A stretch of 64,000 nucleotides of DNA from Candidatus Multivorans sp. (lineage in GTDB: Bacteria > Acidobacteriota > Thermoanaerobaculia > Multivoradales > Multivoraceae). A program made the position numbers and the translations under genes. The notes beneath the pieces were generated by a model that was not told where the DNA came from, ran no database searches, and was given only the letters and a program-made list of their open reading frames with translations. The stretch spans positions 3,840,001-3,904,000 of the forward strand of contig OZ245033.1 of NCBI GenBank assembly GCA_965224025.1. The letters run 5' to 3'. This document shows, piece after piece, positions 1-8,937 of the stretch (positions are counted from its first letter, which is position 1; every line of letters begins with the position of its first letter).

Positions 1-164
1 ACGTTCGTCACCGTAACGCTGACGCCCGGCAGGGCGCCGCCCTCGTCATCCGTGACGAAGCCGCTCAATTGGCCCGTCGCCTGCGCCCATGCGCCGGATG
101 CACACAAGACCATCGCAAGCGCGGTGAGCGCATGCCCTAGAACACGACCAGCCAAGTTCCTCAT
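1..164 (-). CDS. N-terminal part of a secreted protein with carboxypeptidase-regulatory-like domain, probably a TonB-dependent receptor (runs off the window)
   Basis: Manual translation MRNLAGRVLGHALTALAMVLCASGAWAQATGQLSGFVTDDEGGALPGVSVTVTN: signal peptide plus G.VTD..G..LPGV.VT motif; AGGAGA RBS at 171-176. Confidence 0.7.
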   Translation of the reverse strand, partial: MRNLAGRVLGHALTALAMVLCASGAWAQATGQLSGFVTDDEGGALPGVSVTVTN

Positions 165-380
165 CCCAGATCTCCTAGTGAATGCACTCCCGGAACTGGA
201 AGTGCGGGGCAACCAAGTCAAGAAAGCCGGAACGGCCGACGCTGCACTTCGATCAACGTCGAGCGTGGTTCGGTCCGTGTCGTGGCGGCAGCATAGCAGC
301 GCACCGACGCTACTACAGTATCGCCAACTGACATCTGCTACCATCGTCGGCGTTCTGGCGGCGGTTCCCGTCGCCGGGGC

Positions 381-504
381 ACTCATCGAGACCGGCCGAG
401 GGATTGGGCCCGTTGAAGCCGGGGCAACCACCGGGGCTTCGCAACCCAGGGAAGGTGCCAACTCCTACGGGAGTCCGCTCGCGGGGCTTTACCGAGAGAT
501 GAGT
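381..504 (+). ncRNA. SAM-I (S-box) riboswitch
   Basis: P1 ACTCATC/GATGAGT, GAGGGA..GGCCC kink-turn region, GCAACC and GGTGCCAA motifs; lies upstream of a methionine-biosynthesis gene. Confidence 0.92.
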
Positions 505-631
505 CAACGAGCCGCGTATCCGCGGTCTCGGCGCCTCCTCCGGTTCACTCTCCCGTAGAAGTCTTCTCGAGAGAGCGTTGAAGCCGTCTCGCTTGCGGGA
601 CCACCAACCCCCTTCTCGACCGGAGACTCAC

Positions 632-1819
632 ATGACTTCGAACCACCACCCGGCAACCCGCGCCGTGCGGGCGGCGCTCGCTACCGACACGCAGCACGGC
701 GCGGTCGTTCCGCCGCTCCACCTGTCGGCCAACTTCACCTTTGAAGGCCTCGACCGCAAGCGGCCGTACGACTACACGCGCTCCGGCAACCCGACGCGCT
801 CCGCCCTCGCCGGCGCGCTCGCCGAGGCCGAGGGCGGCCACGGCGCGGTCGTCACCGCCTCGGGCATGGCCGCGGTGACCCTGGTGTCCCAACTGCTCGA
901 CCCCGGCGACCGGATCGTCGCCGCCCACGACTGCTACGGCGGGACGTTCCGGCTCTTCGACCGTTTGAGGCGGCGCGGCCTCCTCGAAGTCGAGTTCGTC
1001 GACCTGACGGACGCGGAAGCCATGGCGGCAGCCCTCGCTTCCCGCCCGAAGCTGGTCCTGGTCGAGACGCCGAGCAACCCCCTTCTTCGGATCACCGATC
1101 TGGAAGCCGTCTGCCGGCACGCAGGACGGGCCGGCGCGCTGGTCGTCGCCGACAACACGTTCATGTCGCCCGCGCTCCAGCGACCGATCGAGTGGGGCGC
1201 CGACGTGGTGATCCACTCGACGACCAAGTACCTCAACGGCCACAGCGACGTGGTCGGCGGCGCGGTAGTCGCGGCGACTCCGGAACTCCAGGAGTTCTTC
1301 GAGGACTGGGCGAACATGATGGGCGTAGCCGGAGCTCCCTTCGACAGCTACCTGACGCTGCGCGGACTGCGGACATTGCATAGTCGTCTACGTTGCCACG
1401 AGGAAAACGCACTGGCCGTGGTCGAGATGCTCGCCGAACATCCGGCCGTGGAACGGGTATTTCACCCGAGCCTGCCCGACCATCCCGGCCACGAAATCGC
1501 CAAGCGCCAGCAGGACGGGTTCGGCGCCATGGTCAGCTTCGAACTCGCCGGGGAGACCGAGGACGTGGCGGTCCTGGTCTCGAACCTCACCTGCCTCTCG
1601 CTCGCCGAGTCGCTCGGCGGCGTCGAGAGCCTGATCTCCCACCCGGCAACCATGTCCCACGCCTCCATGACGGTGGAAGCGCGGGCCGCCGCCGGCATCA
1701 GCGACCAGCTTCTAAGACTCTCGATCGGGATCGAGCGCGCGGACGATCTGGTGGACGACCTGCGCGGCGCCCTCGACCGCGTCCTGAACCGGCCGAGGTC
1801 GGCGACCGCCGCCGGCTAG
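632..1819 (+). CDS. metB: cystathionine gamma-synthase
   Basis: YTRSGNPTR, ETPSNP, HSTTKYLNGHSD PLP-lysine motif, AESLGGVESL; GGAG RBS before ATG 632; SAM riboswitch upstream. Confidence 0.9.
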   Translation: MTSNHHPATRAVRAALATDTQHGAVVPPLHLSANFTFEGLDRKRPYDYTRSGNPTRSALAGALAEAEGGHGAVVTASGMAAVTLVSQLLDPGDRIVAAHDCYGGTFRLFDRLRRRGLLEVEFVDLTDAEAMAAALASRPKLVLVETPSNPLLRITDLEAVCRHAGRAGALVVADNTFMSPALQRPIEWGADVVIHSTTKYLNGHSDVVGGAVVAATPELQEFFEDWANMMGVAGAPFDSYLTLRGLRTLHSRLRCHEENALAVVEMLAEHPAVERVFHPSLPDHPGHEIAKRQQDGFGAMVSFELAGETEDVAVLVSNLTCLSLAESLGGVESLISHPATMSHASMTVEARAAAGISDQLLRLSIGIERADDLVDDLRGALDRVLNRPRSATAAG

Positions 1820-1825
1820 GGCCGC

Positions 1826-2839
1826 TCAGTCGCCGCGCCGGCTGAGCGCCAGACGGACCATCCGATCGCAAAGCTCATCGAAGGAGATCCCGAACACCGC
1901 GGCCGATTGCGGCAACAGGCTGGTCTGAGTCATGCCAGGCAGCGTGTTCACCTCCAGGCAGTATGGCTCGCCGGCGGCATCGAGTCGGAAGTCGACGCGC
2001 GAGAAGTCGCGCAAACCAAGCGCCCGGTGGGCGGCCAGCCCAAGCGCGCGCAGACGCTCCGTGAGTTCGTCATCGATCTCAGCCGGGAAGACCTCCCGGG
2101 CCACTCCCGGCGTGTACTTGCTGTGGTAGTCGAAGATCTCGCCCGGCGGCACGATCTCCCCTACTCCAAGAGCCTCTCCGTCGAGCACACCGACGGTGTA
2201 CTCGCGGCCGGGCAGGAACCGTTCCAGCAACACCTCGTCATCGAACTGGAGCGCGCGGCCGACCGCAATATCGATTTCCGACAGGTCCCGCATCAGGGTG
2301 AGTCCCACCGTGGATCCGACCCGCGACGGTTTGACCACCATGGGCAGTCCCAGAGCCTCGACGTCGGCGCGTGCCGCAGGCCACACGGTGCCTTCGGGCG
2401 CCGGTATCCCTGCGACGCGAAAGAGACGCTTGCTGGCGGTCTTGTCCATCGCCCGTGAGCTGGCGACGGCGCCGCTGCCAGTGAAAGCGAGACCCGCGTT
2501 CTCGAGCAGTCCCTGGACTTCGCCACCCTCTCCCTGCCGGCCGTGGAGGACCAGGAATACCGCGTCGTGGTTCGCGAGGCCGCCGTGTACGACCAGAGCC
2601 GGCAGATCCTCCCGCGCCTCGAGGGCCCGCAGGTCGGCCAAGGAAGGTGGCCTGACGCCGACCGTCTGCGCCAGCAGTCGTCGCTCGCGTTCTCCATCGA
2701 GAAGCGCTGCCTCCGCCGTGTCGAATACCGTGACCCGGTAGTCCCGATCGCGCAGCGCCACGACCACTTGGCGCGCACCCGCGAGGGCGACGATTCGTTC
2801 CGGCGTCGAACCGCCGGTAAGCACTGCGATGCGGGCCAC
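1826..2839 (-). CDS. ddl: D-alanine--D-alanine ligase
   Basis: GGSTPER, LHG..GEGG, MDK, RVDFR, EVNTLPGMT motifs. Confidence 0.92.
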   Translation of the reverse strand: MARIAVLTGGSTPERIVALAGARQVVVALRDRDYRVTVFDTAEAALLDGERERRLLAQTVGVRPPSLADLRALEAREDLPALVVHGGLANHDAVFLVLHGRQGEGGEVQGLLENAGLAFTGSGAVASSRAMDKTASKRLFRVAGIPAPEGTVWPAARADVEALGLPMVVKPSRVGSTVGLTLMRDLSEIDIAVGRALQFDDEVLLERFLPGREYTVGVLDGEALGVGEIVPPGEIFDYHSKYTPGVAREVFPAEIDDELTERLRALGLAAHRALGLRDFSRVDFRLDAAGEPYCLEVNTLPGMTQTSLLPQSAAVFGISFDELCDRMVRLALSRRGD

Positions 2840-2960
2840 GTCAGTTCACCTGGCCGCGGATGGTACTGCCAATCGCCTGCCTCTTCGAGCCGCTAACCAG
2901 GGGCGCGCCGCGCGCATGTGCCAGGACAAACCCAGCGGCCCCGACTGTTACGCTGAATCC

Positions 2961-4619
2961 ATGCCGACCTGTAACTTGCGATCCGTACTCCCGGCCCTGA
3001 CCGTCGCCGCCGTGGCGATGTTCGCCGCCGCAGACGGTGCAGTCGCCGACGAGGCGGCCGACGAACCCCTCGCGCCGATGCTCGAAGGCCTGGGCGATCT
3101 CCACTACCCCATCACCACCTCGTCCAAGGCGGCGCAGCGCTTCTTCGACCAGGGGCTGCGTCTCGTCTATGCCTTCAACCACGCGGAAGCCGTGCGCGCC
3201 TTCGAGGAAGCGGCGCGCCTCGACCCGGAGGCGGCGATGCCGCATTGGGGCAAGGCCCTGGCCCTCGGTCGCAACCTGAACGACTCGATGCCGCACGAGC
3301 GCGAGCTCCAGGCGCTTCAGAGTCTGAGCCAGGCTCAGGAGCGGCGCGACAACGCCGGCGAGCGTGAGCAGGCCCTGATCGATGCGCTCGCGAGCCGGTA
3401 CTCCGCCGACGAGGACGCCGACCGCGCGGCCCTGGACGCGGCCTGGGTCGAGGCCATCGCCAAGGTGGCCGAGAGGTTCCCCGACGATCCGGAGCCCTCC
3501 ACCCTGCACGCGGCCGCGATCATGAACACGATGCCCTGGGACTACTGGCGCGGCGGCGAACCCCAGCCCGGGACCCTCGAGGCGAAGGAGCTGCTCGAGC
3601 GGGTGGTCGTCGAACATCCCCGCCACCCGGGGGCGCACCACTACTACATCCACCTGATGGAGGCCCGCGAGCCTCACCTGGCCGAGCCCAGCGCCGACGC
3701 GCTGGGCAAGCTCATGCCCTCGGCCGGACACCTCGTCCACATGCCCGCCCATATCTTCATCCGCGTCGGCCGCTACGACGACGCCGTGGACTCGAACCAG
3801 CGCGCCATCGAGGCCGACCTCGACTACATCGCCCAGTGCAGCGCCCAGGGCCTGTATCCCGTCGCCTACTACCCCCACAACATCCACTTCCTATGGGCAT
3901 CGGCCACCTTCGGCGGCCGCGCCGAACTGGCGATCGAGAGCGCCGACTCGCTGGCCGGGGAAGTCCCGGCGGAGATGGCCTCCAGCCTCGCCTTCCTCCA
4001 GAACTACCTAGCCACGCCGCTGTTCGCCCGCGTCCGCTTCGGCCGCTGGCAGGAGATCCTGGACACCCCGCAGCCGCCTGCCGGGCAGACATTCCAGACC
4101 GCGATGTGGCGCTATGCCCAGGGCCTTGCCGCGGCGGCCACTGGAGACTCCAGGGCGGCCAAGAGGCACATGAAGGCGCTCGGCAAGTTGCGGCGCAACC
4201 CCGAACTGGCCGACATCCGCATCTCCTTCGCCCAGGCGAGCGACCTGGTCCGCCTCACCGAGCACCTTGTAGCCGGCGAGATCCACGCCGCGAAGGGACG
4301 CACGGAGCGCGCGATCGAGGAAATGCGATCCGCCGTGGCGCTCCAGGACAGCCTGCGCTACGCCGAACCGCCAGCGTTCCACTACCCGGTGCGGCAGTCA
4401 CTCGGCGCCGTGCTGCTCCAAGCCGGCCACCCTCGGGAAGCCGAAGCTGCCTACCGGCAGGACCTCGAGCACAACCCGCACAACGGCTGGTCCCTGTTCG
4501 GCCTGGCAAGGGCCCTGGGCAACCAGGGCCGCAATGAAGAGGCGGAGGAAGCGGAACGGCGCTTCCGTGAGGCATGGCAGAGCGCCGACGTGGAACTCGA
4601 AGAGTCGGTGTTTCGCTAG
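2961..4619 (+). CDS. secreted TPR-repeat protein
   Basis: Signal peptide; AQRFFDQGL..YAFNH, HYYIH, HLVHMPAHI, NGWSLFGL; helical repeats; start placed after an extended -10 box. Confidence 0.75.
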   Translation: MPTCNLRSVLPALTVAAVAMFAAADGAVADEAADEPLAPMLEGLGDLHYPITTSSKAAQRFFDQGLRLVYAFNHAEAVRAFEEAARLDPEAAMPHWGKALALGRNLNDSMPHERELQALQSLSQAQERRDNAGEREQALIDALASRYSADEDADRAALDAAWVEAIAKVAERFPDDPEPSTLHAAAIMNTMPWDYWRGGEPQPGTLEAKELLERVVVEHPRHPGAHHYYIHLMEAREPHLAEPSADALGKLMPSAGHLVHMPAHIFIRVGRYDDAVDSNQRAIEADLDYIAQCSAQGLYPVAYYPHNIHFLWASATFGGRAELAIESADSLAGEVPAEMASSLAFLQNYLATPLFARVRFGRWQEILDTPQPPAGQTFQTAMWRYAQGLAAAATGDSRAAKRHMKALGKLRRNPELADIRISFAQASDLVRLTEHLVAGEIHAAKGRTERAIEEMRSAVALQDSLRYAEPPAFHYPVRQSLGAVLLQAGHPREAEAAYRQDLEHNPHNGWSLFGLARALGNQGRNEEAEEAERRFREAWQSADVELEESVFR

Positions 4620-5800
4620 CTCTCGGACAACTTCAACTCCGCCGCCAGCCGGTCGGCGCGAGCCATTCCCTCAAGCGTCGGTTGCAAGCGGCGCCCGCTG
4701 ATCCGCAGCCAGCCTGCCCTCGCCCAGGCTTCGATCTGCCGAGCGTTCCGAGACCCTAAATCGAACCCGAAACGCAGCTCCAACGCGGCGCAATCGATAC
4801 CGGAACGCTGGCGAAGTCCCATCATGACGGTCTCGAGCAGCAACTGACGGTCGGTCAGTTGTTCGACGTCGGCGATCGGCGACTCGGCACCTTCCACAAC
4901 ATAGCTCCAGCGTTTCCAGGGCGCAACGTTCCACCAACGGCGGCGCCCGGCGAACGAATGTGAGGACGGTCCAAGACCCAGGTAGGGAGTGTGGTTCCAG
5001 TACTTCCGGTTGTGGCGGCTCCGATGCCCCTCGCTGCGGGTGAAGTTCGAGACCTCGTACCCCTCGTAGCCGAGTTCCTCGAGAAGGCGGTGGGCGGCAA
5101 CGAAGTTGGCGGCCCGCTCGTCCTCACCAGTCTCACGCAGCCTGCCCGCCTCCCGGCGCCGGCCGAACGGCGTCCCGTCGTGGATCGTCAGCTCGTAGCA
5201 GGAGAAGTGATCCGGTCCAAGCGCCGCCGCCTCGTCGAGGGTCCGAAGCCACCAATCGGCGTCGAAGCCGGGCAGGGAGTAGATGAGGTCGACCGACACG
5301 GACCGGAAGCCCGCGGCACGGGCCCGTTCGACACTCGATCGAGCCTCTCCGGCGTCGTGGCGACGGCCAAGGAAACGCAACGCTCGATCGTCCAACGCCT
5401 GCACTCCCAAACTGATGCGGTCGAACCCAATCGCCCGCCACCCTGCGAGCAACTCCGGTGCGGCATCCTCCGGATTCACCTCGATCGTCCACTCGGCTTC
5501 CGCGTCGACGTCGAACACCGCCCGAAGCCTCCCGCACAGGCTCTCCAACTGACCCAGGCTCAGCGCGGACGGCGTACCCCCGCCAAAGTACACGGTGTCG
5601 AAGCGGCTTTCTACGAACGCGCCGGCGTCGTCTGGCGGCTTGAACCCGGCGCCACCAACAAAGCTGTCAATCTCGATGCCAAGCGCCGCAACGTACCGAC
5701 TCCGATCCTCCGCTCCGCCCCGCGCCACCGCGAAGTCGCAGTACGGACAAATCGCCGAGCAGAACGGGATGTGGACGTAAAGCCCCCCCGCGTTCGTCAC
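4616..5800 (-). CDS. hemW: radical SAM heme chaperone HemW
   Basis: LYVHIPFCSAICPYCDF CxxxCxxC, GGGTPS, YEVSNF, HNRKYW. Confidence 0.88.
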   Translation of the reverse strand: MTNAGGLYVHIPFCSAICPYCDFAVARGGAEDRSRYVAALGIEIDSFVGGAGFKPPDDAGAFVESRFDTVYFGGGTPSALSLGQLESLCGRLRAVFDVDAEAEWTIEVNPEDAAPELLAGWRAIGFDRISLGVQALDDRALRFLGRRHDAGEARSSVERARAAGFRSVSVDLIYSLPGFDADWWLRTLDEAAALGPDHFSCYELTIHDGTPFGRRREAGRLRETGEDERAANFVAAHRLLEELGYEGYEVSNFTRSEGHRSRHNRKYWNHTPYLGLGPSSHSFAGRRRWWNVAPWKRWSYVVEGAESPIADVEQLTDRQLLLETVMMGLRQRSGIDCAALELRFGFDLGSRNARQIEAWARAGWLRISGRRLQPTLEGMARADRLAAELKLSES

Positions 5801-5984
5801 ACCGATCCCAAACGAGCTGGCCCCGTACCGACCACCCCTGAACCCTACCGCCGCCCGTCCTCACGTTCCCCCGCACAGTGCTGCCAACGAATTTCCGTAC
5901 CCCATCAGCCCTGGACGATCCCCGGCAAGCCAAGATTGGCCGCCGATTCCGCGAGAATCCGGCCCGACCGCCCGGCGCCGTCCA

Positions 5985-6229
5985 GCCGGTCCGGGGGTCT
6001 GTGGGGAGGGTCCCAGCGGACTCGAAGCGAGCGACGCCCGACGACGCCACAAACAGCAACGCACTACCGGAGCGAGCGTAGTGGAGTGAGCGCCCTACCC
6101 CTCATCCTCCTCAGAAGCGCGAACCCGGGTGGCGCGATCCGCGCCACCCGTGAACCAGTCCGTGCGCCCGGCATCGGGCGCACGGATGACACGGCCGCTG
6201 GGCCCCTCCCCACAGACCCCGGGGCCGGC
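5985..6229. repeat. MITE/REPIN-like element with ~35-bp terminal inverted repeats and internal hairpins
   Basis: GCCGGTCCGGGGGTCTGTGGGGAGGGTCCCAGCGG (5985-6019) pairs with CCGCTGGGCCCCTCCCCACAGACCCCGGGGCCGGC (6195-6229), about 3 mismatches. Confidence 0.7.
6123..6190 (-). repeat. 68-nt double-hairpin unit, copy 1
   Basis: 62/68 identical to the reverse complement of 63393-63460; two 11-bp GC-rich stems. Confidence 0.85.
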
Positions 6230-6256
6230 GGGTGCCACCGACAGCACCGCCGTCGC

Positions 6257-8842
6257 CTAGCGCGGTTTCTCGCCGCCGACCCACCATGGGCTCGACCACG
6301 CGAGGTGGCCGTCGATCTGCTCGACGCGCAGGTAGTACCAGTCCTCCTGGTCGCCGAAGTCGGTGAAGCGGAAGGTCACGTCGTCGCGGAGCCCCTCAAG
6401 GAGGTCGACCCGCACGCTGTCCTGGTAGTCGCCCTCATGGAACACGTGCTCGTTGCCGCCGCGTGAGGCGGAGCCCGCCCCGGGATCCTCAGGCAGAGCC
6501 AGCGTGAAGCCGGCGGCGGCGAACTGCTGCGGAGTCCGCACCTGAGTCGGCGCCGTGCCGTACTCGAACCCGGCTTCGATCTCGAAGTTGAGCCGGACCT
6601 CCGACGGATCGCCCTCCAGCACCAGGGCGAAGGAGCGCCGCGACCCGCGGGTGGTCACGTCGAAGCGGGCGCCGTTGCCGTCGACGCCGAAGCGGTCGGC
6701 CGGCAGCGGCGTACCGATGAGCCTGCCGCTCACCAGTTCCGCCCCCTCGACGGTCACGTTCCCAGCCCACGGGCGCTGGCCGCGCGGGTTGTCCCGGATG
6801 TCCACCCAGGTCTCGGAAAAGAAGCTGATCAAGGCCTCGAACCGGCCGTCCGGCAGCGCCGAACCGCCGGCGCCGCGGGTGTCGAAGGTGGCCACGACTT
6901 CGCCGTTGCGGATCAGGTCGACCCGGCGAATCGGCGCCGTGCCGATCGCACGTCCATCGAGCACGCGGCGGTCCGTCTGGTCCAGTTCACTGCCCATGGG
7001 AGCGCCATTCAAGCGGGCATCGAGCACGATCCGCTGCGCTCCCGTGGTGGCGTATGCCAGGCGCGACTTGAGGGCGCCGAAAACGGCATCCGTGGTACGA
7101 GCCGGCGCCCACGCCGCCGCGAGACCGCCGAACTGGAAGATGTTCGACCGACGCCCGGACGCCGCGGCCTGGTGACCGGGCGAATAGCCCGGATGACCCC
7201 GGTGATCGTCCGACGCGGACACGAAGCCGACCCGGAAGCCCTGCTCGAGGTAGCGGCTGCCGAACCACTCGAAGGTGCCGTGGCCCGACATGATCTCGAT
7301 CAGGTTCTCCATCTGGAAGTCGTTCTGCCGCCAGTCGCCGTTCTGGTGGGCGTGCGGAATGATCAGAACGTCGTCCGTGTCGTACTCGGCGCGCAGGCCC
7401 CGGTAGAGTTCGGACAGGTTCGGCGCCACCTGGACGCCGACGCGCCGCATGTCGGCGCGGCGGAAGAACACGTTGTGGTGGCCGCCGCGCTGGCGCGGCG
7501 AGGTCCACTCGTATCCCGCAAAGACCAGCAACTCGCCTTCGCGGTGGTACTCCTGAACCGCGTCCGTCAACTCCTCCCAGAGCCCGTCAGTGAGCCAGAG
7601 GTCGTGCTCACTCAGGGTGACGAAGTCCAGCGTGGCGTCGTCACGGGCGAAGGCGAAGTACCCCTCCGGCGTGCCCTGGCCCTCGGCGAAGCCGGAGTGG
7701 CCGTGCGTCTCGCCCCAGTACAGGCGGTGCTCGGGGTCGGCCTTCACCCAGATCGGATTGGCGGCGCCCGTCACCTCCCCGTCCGGACTGCGGAAGGTGT
7801 AGCGCTGCACGCCCTCGCCCTCGGCCGTGACCTCCATCAGGTGGATCGCCCGGCCGGCCGGCAGCTCACCCACCTGCTCGCCGTCGCGGAACACCTGGAG
7901 GCCCGGAATGTCCCGGCTCGCCCGGTTGTAGCGCCGGTCCTCGCTGCGCACCGAGATGACGAAGGTCTCCCCGTCACCGACGACGGACGGGGCGAAGCCG
8001 TGAACCCGCTCCGCCGCTCCGCCCACGACCTCGAAGGTCGCCGGCGGCATTTCGTAGACCCTGCCGTCGCCCGGGTCGACGTGCATCGGCAGGGCGATCC
8101 GGTCGTTGCTGAACTCGCCGACTCCGAGACCCCGGCCGCCACCGCTCCTGTCGCCGTAGGTCAACGTGATCGTGTCGCCGGCCTCCAGATTCCCGCCGCG
8201 AACGCGGTACGTGGGGAACCCCGCCGGACTGCGGAAGCCACCGTACGGGCCCCAGATCGGGTGCGCGTCCTGCTCCAGGCTGATGCCTTCCCTGCTCACC
8301 AGGGCGGAGACGTAGTGATCCCCGGCTGGGTCCGCGGTCTGCAGCCGGCCGTAGCCGCCGGCGCCCTGCGTCGAGATCACGATTCCACCGCCTTCCTCCA
8401 TGCCGAGCGAGCCGACCATGTAGACAACCTCGAGACTGGCCCAACTGCGCGCCTCGAACACCTCGGACCCGGTGCGCGTCACGGTGCCGAGCGCCTCCTC
8501 GTCCTCGTCGAGCCAGGCGAGCTGCCGCACGTAGTCGTCCACCGCTTCGACCTGGAACGGCGCCAGTTCGCTGCCGGGCCGGGGAAACGGGCCGTAGAAC
8601 GCGATGAGGGGCAGGTTCTTGGGTACGAAGGCCCCCTGGAGCGAGACCGCGTTCGCCCACTCCCAGAGAACCGCTACCCGCTCGGCAATGTTCGAGGCGG
8701 TGGTCGGCGAGCGGTCGACCTCCGCGATCAGGGCATCGACGCGAGGCCTGAGATCCCCCTCCAGTTCCTGGCCGACGGACGCCGGCGTCACCACCAGGCC
8801 ACCCAAAGCGACAAGAACGAGTCCACCGATCAGTTTCCGCAC
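6257..8842 (-). CDS. secreted DUF3604 (PHP-like metallohydrolase) protein
   Basis: YWGETHGHS, LSEHD, GYEWT, GHHNV, SDDH.GHPG, AWSSPWW; GTG 8842 with GGGAG RBS and signal peptide. Confidence 0.75.
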   Translation of the reverse strand: MRKLIGGLVLVALGGLVVTPASVGQELEGDLRPRVDALIAEVDRSPTTASNIAERVAVLWEWANAVSLQGAFVPKNLPLIAFYGPFPRPGSELAPFQVEAVDDYVRQLAWLDEDEEALGTVTRTGSEVFEARSWASLEVVYMVGSLGMEEGGGIVISTQGAGGYGRLQTADPAGDHYVSALVSREGISLEQDAHPIWGPYGGFRSPAGFPTYRVRGGNLEAGDTITLTYGDRSGGGRGLGVGEFSNDRIALPMHVDPGDGRVYEMPPATFEVVGGAAERVHGFAPSVVGDGETFVISVRSEDRRYNRASRDIPGLQVFRDGEQVGELPAGRAIHLMEVTAEGEGVQRYTFRSPDGEVTGAANPIWVKADPEHRLYWGETHGHSGFAEGQGTPEGYFAFARDDATLDFVTLSEHDLWLTDGLWEELTDAVQEYHREGELLVFAGYEWTSPRQRGGHHNVFFRRADMRRVGVQVAPNLSELYRGLRAEYDTDDVLIIPHAHQNGDWRQNDFQMENLIEIMSGHGTFEWFGSRYLEQGFRVGFVSASDDHRGHPGYSPGHQAAASGRRSNIFQFGGLAAAWAPARTTDAVFGALKSRLAYATTGAQRIVLDARLNGAPMGSELDQTDRRVLDGRAIGTAPIRRVDLIRNGEVVATFDTRGAGGSALPDGRFEALISFFSETWVDIRDNPRGQRPWAGNVTVEGAELVSGRLIGTPLPADRFGVDGNGARFDVTTRGSRRSFALVLEGDPSEVRLNFEIEAGFEYGTAPTQVRTPQQFAAAGFTLALPEDPGAGSASRGGNEHVFHEGDYQDSVRVDLLEGLRDDVTFRFTDFGDQEDWYYLRVEQIDGHLAWSSPWWVGGEKPR

Positions 8843-8937
8843 AACGCTGCCTCCCTTCGCGATCCGGCGCGAGAAATCCAAACGACGATAGTAGAACGAA
8901 TAGTAGACTCTCGCGACACTACTCTCGAGGAGAACCG

